From the NCBI RefSeq assembly GCF_963921235.1, contig NC_086107.1, positions 114,950,001-115,014,000 on the forward strand: a stretch of DNA of 64,000 bases. The letters run 5' to 3'. A program made the translations under genes and the position numbers. The notes under the pieces were generated by a model, which saw only the letters and a program-made list of their open reading frames with translations, had not been told where the DNA came from and did no database searches. Source of the stretch: Mobula hypostoma. Lineage: Eukaryota. Numbering within the stretch: position 1 is the stretch's first letter; each line of letters begins with the position of its first letter. Of this stretch, positions 56,126-64,000 are shown one piece after another.

Positions 56126-58223
56126 TGTCATGGTCCGGTCCGTGAAATCCGCATTCCCGTTCACGGTCCGGTCCATCGATCCGTATTCCAGGTTTTCCGG
56201 TTTCCCCTTGTCCACTTGTGTGCCTTAATTGAGGCACATGATTCTGATTTTGGGCTGGCTCCATAAACAGCTCCTGGGTTCAGCTTCAGTTGCTGGACTC
56301 TTCCCTTCCCTTCCTTCTGTAGCCTTTTGCCTGAAGCCTCGCCTGTGTTCTTGCGTATTCTCACCATCAAGTTCTACTGCCGGAGCAAGACCGGAGCTTT
56401 GCTGTGTCTGGGTAAGGAACTGTCTTTCATTGCTTGGAACTGTCTCGGTAGGCTTATTCAGAAAGTCAGAAGGCATGGGATCCAGGGAAGTTTGGCCTGG
56501 TGGATTCAGAATTGGCTTGCCTGCAGAAGGCAGAGGGTGGTGGTGGAGGGAGTACATTCAGATTGGAGGATCGTGACTAGTGGTGTCCCATAAGGATCTG
56601 TTCTGGGACCTCTACTTTTCGTGATTTTTATTAACGATCTGGATGTGGGGGTAGAAGGGTGGGTTGGCAAGTTTGCAGACGACACAAAGGTTGGTGGTGC
56701 TGTAGATAGTGTAGAGGATTGTCGAAGATTACAGAGAGACATTGATTGGATGCAGAAGTGGGTTGAGAAGTGGCAGATGGAGTCCAACCCGGAGAAGTGT
56801 GAGGTGGTACACTTTGGAAGAACAGACTCCAAGGCAGAGTACAAAGTAAATGGCAGGATACTTGGTAGTGTGGAGGAGCAGAGGAATCTGGAGGTGCATG
56901 TCCACAGATCCCTGAAAGTTGCCTCACAGGTGGATAGGGTAGTTAAGAAAGCTTATGGGGTGTTAGTTTTCATAAGTCGAGGGATAGAGTTTAAGAGTCG
57001 CGATGTAATGATGCAGCTCTATAAAACTCTGGTTAGGCCACACTTGGAGTACTGTGTCCAGTTCTGGTCGCTTCACTATAGGAAGGATGTCGAAGCATTG
57101 GAAAGGGTACAGAGGAGACTTGCCAGGATGCTGCCTGGTTTAGAGAGTATGGATTATGATCAGAGATGAAGGGAGCTAGGGCTTCACTCTTTGGAGAGAA
57201 GTACGATGAGAGGAGACATGATAGAGATGTACAAAATATTAAGAGGAATAGATAGAGTGGATAGCCAGCACCGCTTCCCCAGGGCACTACTGCTCAATAC
57301 AAGGGGACATGGCTTTAAGGTAAGGGGTGGGAAGTTCAAGGGGGATATTAGAGAAAGGTATTTTACTCAGAGTGGTTGGTGCGTGGAATGCACTACCTCA
57401 GTCAGTGGTGGAGGCAGATACACTAATAAAGTTTAAGAGACTACTAGACAGGTATATGGAGGAATTTAAGGTGGGGGGGTTATATGGGAGGCAGGGTCTG
57501 AGGGTCGGCGCAACATTGTGGGCCGAAGGGCCTGTACTATTCTATGTTCTATGTCTCTGTTTCCATGCCTTCGCTAGGTAGGTCCGGCCGTTTGCCACTA
57601 CCCTGTGTTCGAACCGTCTCATCGTTTTCAGCAGTCTGTGTATGAGTCCTGTCCTTACGTCCTGTTCCCACGGAGGGGTCCCGGCTCTTTGTTATGTGTT
57701 CTTCTCTCCCAAGATTACCAAGACTCCATGTTCTGCGTACTGTCTCCCAAGACCAAGGTTCCGTGTTCTGCGTTCCTGTCTCTCAAGACCAAGGCTCTGT
57801 GTTCTGCGTACCTGTCTCCCTCGACCAAGTCATGGCTTCGTGTTCTCGTCCTGTCCATGTGCCTCGTCCTGTGCTGGAGTTCCACGTCCTGTTCTGTAGC
57901 CACGTCCTGTCCTTGCCTAGATCCTAGTCACGGGTCCTAACCTAGACCCGAGTTCCGAGTCCCAACCCAGACCCAAGTTCTGGGTCCTTGTCCAGGCCCT
58001 GGTTCCGGAGTTCCTTGTTCCTAGTTCCTTGTCCGGGTTCCGTGTTTCTTGTCCATGTCCTAGCCCATGCCCTGCATTCTAGTCTCGTCCTGGGCCTGTG
58101 TCTTGTCCAGCGTCGTTTCTTCCCCACTTCCCTTGCCTGCTTGACAAGCCTAATCCTGTTCCTAGTACTTCATTGTCCGTGTCTTGCATTTGGGTCCATA
58201 CCAACGCCCCCCCACATATGACA
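56126..58223. mobile_element. Solo LTR (Gypsy-like, about 1 kb net) with 5-bp TSD, interrupted by CR1
   Basis: TGTCAT...ATGACA termini; GCCGG at 56121-56125 and 58224-58228; flanks rejoin to a CR1 FT..LPG segment; internal ~34-bp tandem repeats near 57705-57830. Confidence 0.8.
56447..57551 (+). mobile_element. 5'-truncated CR1 inserted in the solo LTR, 6-bp TSD TGTCTC
   Basis: [39 protein letters not shown] at 56441-56446 and 57552-57557. Confidence 0.92.
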
Positions 58224-58539
58224 GCCGGAGCTTGAGGGTTAAATTATAGAGGGCAGTACAGTAATACAGTTATGGCCCTTCAACCAACGATGAAGTACTA
58301 ACCTTTTCACCTACTCTGCGGTAATCTCTCTGGCCCGACAGTCACTGGATAGCACAGATATCTACATTAGACTATTGTTTATTGACCGTAGCTCTACTTT
58401 CAAAATTATTATTACAAGTATCTTCATCACCAAACTTCAGACTCTGGGAGTTATTAACTCCTCCTGGATCTGGATCCACGACTTCATAATCAGCTTCCGA
58501 TAACAATTAAGAATAGGCAGCAACAACTCCACCATTATT

Positions 58540-59297
58540 CTCATCACCGGTGCTCCACAATCCCCTACTCTACTCCCTGCACACTCATCACCGGTGCTCC
58601 ACAATCCCCTACTCTACTCCCTGCACACTCATCACCGGTGCTCCAGAATCCCCTACTCTACTCCCTGCACACTCATCACCGGTGCTCCACAATCCCCTAC
58701 TCTACTCCCTGCACACTCATCACCGGTGCTCCACAATCCCCTACTCTACTCCGTGCACACTCATCACCGGTGCTCCACAATCCCGTACTCTACTCCCTGC
58801 ACACTCATCACCGGTGCTCCACAATCCCCTACTCTACTCCCTGCACACTCATCACCGGTGCTCCACAATCCCGTACTCTACTCCCTGCACACTCATCACC
58901 GGTGCTCCACAATCCCCTACTCTACTCCCTGCACACTCATCACCGGTGCTCCACAATCCCCTACTCTACTCCCTGTACACTCATCACCGGTGCTCCACAA
59001 TCCCCTACTCTACTCCCTGCACACTCATCACCGGTGCTCCACAATCCCCTACTCTACTCCCTGCACACTCATCACCGGTGCTCCACAATCCCCTACTCTA
59101 CTCCCTGCACACTCATCACCGGTGCTCCACAATCCCCTACTCTACTCCCTGTACACTCATCACCGGCGCTCCACAATCCCGTACTCTACTCCCTGCACAC
59201 TCATCACCGGTGCTCCACAATCCCCTACTCTACTCCCTGCACACTCATCACCGGTGCTCCACAATCCCCTACTCTACTCCCTGCACACTCATCACCG
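58540..59297. repeat. 44-bp minisatellite, 17 copies plus 10 bp, derived from LINE RT coding sequence
   Basis: Unit ctcatcaccggtgctccacaatcccctactctactccctgcaca; (59288-58540)/44 = 17. Confidence 0.97.
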
Positions 59298-59345
59298 CTT
59301 GTCCAGTTTCTGTTCTGACTCCACACACAAATTTGCAGATGATAT

Positions 59346-61660
59346 TGCTGCTTCCTGCACGCATGCTGAGCTCACTGACTTCATTAACCTTGCCTCCAAC
59401 TTTCACCCTCCCCTCAAGTTTACCTGGTCCATTTCTGATATCTCCCTCGCCTTTCTTGATTTTCCTGTTTCATAGAAACATAGAAACATAGAAAATAGGT
59501 ACAGGAGTAGGCCATTCAGTACGATCATGGCTGATCATCCAACTCAGAACCCTATACCTGCCTTGTCTCCATACCCCCGATCCCTTTAGCCACAGGAGCC
59601 ATATCTAACTCCCTCTTAATTATAGCCAATGAACTGGCCTCAACTGTTTCCTGTGGCAGAGAATTCCACAGATTCACCACTCTCTGTGTGAAGAAGTTTT
59701 TCCTCATCTCGGTCCTAAAAGGCTTCCCCTTTATCCTCAAACTGTGACCCCTCGTTCTGGACTTCCCCAACATCGGGAACAATCTTCCTGCATCTAGCTT
59801 ATCCAATCCCTTTAGAATTTTATACATTTCAATCAGATCCCACCGCAATCTTCTAAATTCCAGAGAATATAAGCCTAGACGATCCAGGCTTTCATCATAT
59901 GAAACTCCTGCCATCCCAGGAATCAATCTGGTGAACCTCCTTTGTACTCCCTCTATGGCTAGAATGTCTTTCCTCAGATTAGGGGACCAAAACTGCACAT
60001 AATACTCCAGGTGTGGTCTCACCAAGGCCTTGTACAACTGCAGTAGTACCTCCCTGCTCCTGTACTCGAATCCTCTCGCTATAAATGCCAGCATACCATT
60101 CGCCTTTTTCACCGCCTGCTGTACCTGCATGCCCACTTTCAATGACTGGTGTATAATGACACCCAGGTCTCGTTGCACCTCCCCTTTTCCTAATCGGCCA
60201 CCATTCAGATAATAATCTGTTTCCTGTTCTTGCCCCACCATTCAGACAATAATCTGTTTTCCTGTTTTGCTCAACGTTCAGATAATAATCTGTTTTCCTG
60301 TTCTTGCTCTGTTTCAATCTCTGGAGACAGCGTATCTACCGATGTCTACTATAAGCCTACTGACTCTCGCAGCTATCTAGACTATTCCTCTTCCCACCCT
60401 GTCTCTTGCAAAAATGCCATCCCCTTCTCGCGATTCATCTGCTCTCAGGATGAGGCTTTTCACTCCAGCACGAGGGAGATTTCCTCCTTTTTTAAAGAAA
60501 GGGGCTTCCCTTCCTTCACCATCTACTCTGCTCTCAAACGCATCTCTCCCATTTCACGCACATCTGCTCTTACCCCATCCTACCGCCACCCCACTAGGAA
60601 TAGAGTTCCCCTTGTCCTCACCTACCACCCCACCAGCCTCCGGGTCCAACATATGATTCTCCGTAACTTCCTCCACCTCCAACGGGATCCCACCACTAAG
60701 CTCATCTTTCCCTCCACCCCCCTCTCTGCTTTCTGCAGGGATCGCTCCCTACACGACTCCCTTGTCTATTCGTCCCCCCATCCCTCCCCACCCATCTCCC
60801 TACCGGCACTTACCCTTCTAAGCGGAACAAGTGCTACACATGCCCTTACACTTCCTCCCTTACCACCATTCAGGGCCCCAGATAGTCCTTCCAGGTGAGG
60901 CGACACTTCACCTGTGAGTCGGCTGGGGTAATATACTGCGTCCGCTGCTCCCGATGTGGCCTTCTATATATTGGCGAGACCCGACGCAGGCTGGGAGATC
61001 GTTTCGCTGAACACCTACGCTCTGTCCGCCAGAGAAAGCAGGATCTCCCAGTGGCCACACATTTTAATTCCACATCCCATTCCCATTCTGACATGTCTAT
61101 CCACGGCCTCCTCTACTGTAAAGATGAAACCACATTCTGGTTGGAGAAACAACACCTTATATTCCGTCTGGGTAGCCTCCAACCTGATGGCATGAACATT
61201 GACTTCTCTAACTTCCATTAATGCCCCTCCTTCCCGCTTACCGCATTCGTTATTTATGTATGTATGTAGGTATTTATTTATTTATTTATTTATTATTGCC
61301 CTCCCCCCCCTTCTCTCTTTTTCCCTCTCTGTCCCTCTCACAATAACTCGTTGCCTGCTCTCCATCTTCCTCTGGTCCTCCCCTTCCCCTTTCTTTCACC
61401 CTAGACCTCCCGTTCAAATGATCCTCTCCCTTCTCCAGACTTGTCTCCCTTTTGCCAATCAACTTTCTATCTCTTAGCTTCATCCCTTCTCCTCCTGTCT
61501 TCTCCTATCATTTCGGATCTCCCCCTCCCCTTTCAAATCTCTTACTATCTCTTCTTTCAATTAGTCCTAACGAAGGGTGTCGGCCCGAAACGTCGACTGT
61601 ACCTCTTCCTATAGATGCTGCCTGGCCTGCTGCGTTCACCAGCATTTTGTGTGTTTTGCT
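59346..61660 (+). mobile_element. 5'-truncated Penelope-like element (RT C-terminus, thumb, GIY-YIG, 3' UTR with hammerhead G5A), 6-bp TSD TGATAT
   Basis: FHP.LKFT, FLD, YYKPTD..SYLDYSSSHP, VIYCVRC..C..LYIGET.R.L..RF.EH, LQPDGMN; TGATAT at 59340-59345 and 61661-61666; hammerhead motif 61563-61598. Confidence 0.92.
59473..60308 (-). mobile_element. 5'-truncated CR1 inserted in the Penelope RT, 8-bp TSD CTGTTTCA
   Basis: (catagaaa)n tail; QRDLGVIIH...LVRPHLEY; CTGTTTCA at 59465-59472 and 60309-60316. Confidence 0.93.
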
Positions 61661-61930
61661 TGATATCATCATAGTGGGGCTTACTCAAAAAACAATGAGT
61701 CATCGAATGCTGGAAAGAGATTAAGAGCCAAGTGACGTGTGGTCATGGCAACAAACTTTCCTCCAGGGTTAGCAAAACAAAAGAGCTGGCCATTGCTTCA
61801 GGAAGGAAGGGGCGCTCTCTTATATGTATGATGGTCGCTGAGGTCCAGAGGGTTGAGAGCATTAAGTTCCTAAGAGACAACATCACCGAACCATGGTCGA
61901 AGGGTGTAGATATGACGTCCAAAAAAGTAG

Positions 61931-62210
61931 GGCAGCACTGTAGCGAGCTGGCGAGCACAGCGCTATATACAGCACCAGTGACCCAGGTTCCCATCCCGCG
62001 CTCTTTGTAAGGAGCTTGTACCTTCTCCCCGTGACCGAGTGCGTTTCCTCCGGGCGCTCCGGTTTCCGCCCATCCTCCAAAGGCGTATCGGTTGGTAGGA
62101 TTATTGGTCATTGTAAACTGTCCCGTGATTAGGCTAGGATTAAATTGGGGGCTGCTGGGTAGCGTGGCTTGGGCCTATTCCATGGTGTATCTCAATAAAT
62201 AAATAAATAA
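61931..62210 (+). mobile_element. V-SINE-like SINE
   Basis: gtttcctccgggcgctccggtttcc core, (aata)n tail. Confidence 0.8.
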
Positions 62211-62972
62211 AGAAAATTTAAGAAAAGCACACAACAATGCTTTTACTTCCCCAGGGGGCTATAAAATCAGTATTGTCGCTGTAGACTCTTAACGACGTTT
62301 ATCAATATACTTTGCATTCTGTCCGGACGCACAGATCAGCAATAAACCGCAGAGTTGCGGACACAGCTCAGCACATCACGAAAACCAGTCTCCTCTCCGT
62401 TGCCTCAGGAAAGCAGCCAGAATAATCAAAGACCTCTCTCACCCCGGACATACTCTTTTCTCACCCTTCTCGTCGGGCAGAAGCCTGAAAACATATTCCA
62501 CCAGCCTCCCCGACCTCTCCTTGTAGCCGATGCCCTCTAATGCAGAGCGCATCCCGGTCGAACTCTCTTTCACCCTCTCCGAAGCCCCCTCCCCCCCCCC
62601 ACCGTCCTGTAATGAGTCGTCCGGAAGGGCGCACAGTGTTCAAACTGTGGTGTGACACGTTCCATATAATTGCAATATGACTTTCTGACTCTTGTACTTA
62701 ACCAATGAAGGCGAGCCTTCTTTAGCACCGATCTGCATGTGTGACCACTCTCAGGATGTGGTGGAGGTGATTCTGACCGCCCCCTTTAGGTCAACGTTGC
62801 CAAGGAGCCTGTCATTAACTCCTCCCTTTACATTTGACCTTCCAAAGTGCAACACATTTTCTCTCACATAAACTCTCTCACACACTCTCTTTCACACAAA
62901 CTCTCTCTCACACAGATTCTCTCTCTCAAACAATCTCTGTCTCACAGACTCTCTCTCTCACTCTGGGTCCAT

Positions 62973-63957
62973 CATTAGATTAGATTAGATTCAACTTTAT
63001 TGTCATTGTGCCGAGTACAGATACAAAACCAATGAAATGCAGATAGCATCTAAGCAGAAATGCAAAGAATAGTGTTATTTACAAAATAACTGCGAATAAA
63101 AAGTAAGTGCTACAGCACTCAAATATAAAAGTACTGAGACAGTACAATATGGGTGCAATACTGCTTAGCGCTGTGATGTGAGGTTCAGCAGGGTCACAGC
63201 CTCAGGGAAGAAGCTTTTCCTGTGCCTGCTGGTGCGGGAGCGGAGGCTCCTGTAGTGCCTATCGGATGGGAGGAGAGTAAAAAGTCCATGGTTAGGGTGA
63301 GATGCATCCATGATAATGCTTTTCGCCCTGCCCAGGCAGCGTTTATGGCAGATGTTCTCAATAGTGGGCGACTGGGTGCCGATAATCCGCTGGGCAGTTT
63401 TCACCACACGCTGGACTGCTTTGCGGTCTGATACGGGACAATTGCCATACCACACTGAGATGCAGTTGGTGAGTATGCTGTCAATGGTACAGCGGTAAAA
63501 GTCCGTCAGTATCCTGGGACAGAGGTGAGCTTTCTTCATGCTCCGCAGGAAATAAAGGCACTGTTGCGCCTTTTGGATCCGGATGCAGGAGTTCGGGGAC
63601 CAGGTGAGATCCTCGGAAATGTGGGCACCAAGGAATTTGAAGTTTGATACATGCTCCGCTACAGCTCCGTTGATGTAGTTGGGGACGTGAGTGTGGCTCC
63701 TAGCACGCCTGAAATCCACAATGATCTCCTTGGTCTTCTGGGTGTTAAGGGCCAGGTTGTTGTCGGTACATCACCCGGCCAGGTGCTGGACTTCATCCCT
63801 GTAGGCCGTCTCGTCATCCCCTCTGATCAGGCCACCCACTGTGGTGTCGTCTGCGAACTTGATTATGGAGTTAGAACCATGTACAGGAACGCAGTCACGG
63901 GTGAAAAGGGAGTACAGAAGAGGGCTCAGCACACAGCCCTGAGGCACGCCGGTGTCT
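62973..63957 (-). mobile_element. Well-preserved 5'-truncated Rex/Babar LINE
   Basis: TGVPQGCVLSPLLYSLFTRDC, KFADDTTV.GLI, KTKEIIVDFRR, FKFLG, LYFLR, FYRCTIDSILT; (aatct)n tail. Confidence 0.9.
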
Positions 63958-64000
63958 AACCTCCTCCCTCATAGCTCTGCTGGCTGTTCCACTTTCTTTA

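Larger units (their letters stand above)
58340..62510 (+). mobile_element. Old Rex/Babar LINE RT region hosting a minisatellite, a Penelope element and a SINE
   Basis: YIRLLFID.SS.F..II...ITKLQ.LG...IHDF...RIG...STIILITGAPQ (58340-58560), KFADD (59329-59343); resumes IIIVGL...NKLS..VSKTKEL after 61666. Confidence 0.75.

Noticed and set aside
58550..59491. Three overlapping repeat-protein ORFs, or a CRISPR-like array
   Set aside because: Head-to-tail 44-bp units with no unique spacers, no cas genes, eukaryotic context; ORFs follow from a stop-free unit

Overview
Vertebrate genomic DNA, most likely a cartilaginous fish such as a ray (inferred from the CR1, Penelope, Rex-Babar and V-SINE content; not provable here). 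One real gene is present, on the minus strand: an I-domain leukocyte (beta2/CD18-partner) integrin alpha chain, ITGAM/ITGAX/ITGAD-like. I traced 27 coding exons with GT-AG boundaries and consistent phases from the ATG at 48816 down to 817 (3096 nt, 1032 codons, no stops). They cover the signal peptide, FG-GAP propeller, I domain with intact MIDAS, thigh, genu and calf domains. The transmembrane and GFFKR exons must lie left of the window. The rest is intron and upstream DNA full of retroelements: CR1 LINEs, Rex/Babar LINEs, Penelope-like elements with minimal hammerhead ribozyme motifs, V-SINE-like SINEs, a class I ERV remnant and a solo LTR. There are also several minisatellites and three large CA/TG compound satellites (8.2, 3.7 and 1.1 kb), which generate the spurious giant HT- and CV-rich ORFs. 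Most notable: an intact minimal hammerhead core on the pre-mRNA strand of intron 21; a 17-copy 44-bp minisatellite derived from an RT catalytic region; a Penelope insertion at the FADD codons of another LINE that makes an in-frame chimeric RT junction; and the ERV remnant. I found no evidence for a wholly new multi-gene system.
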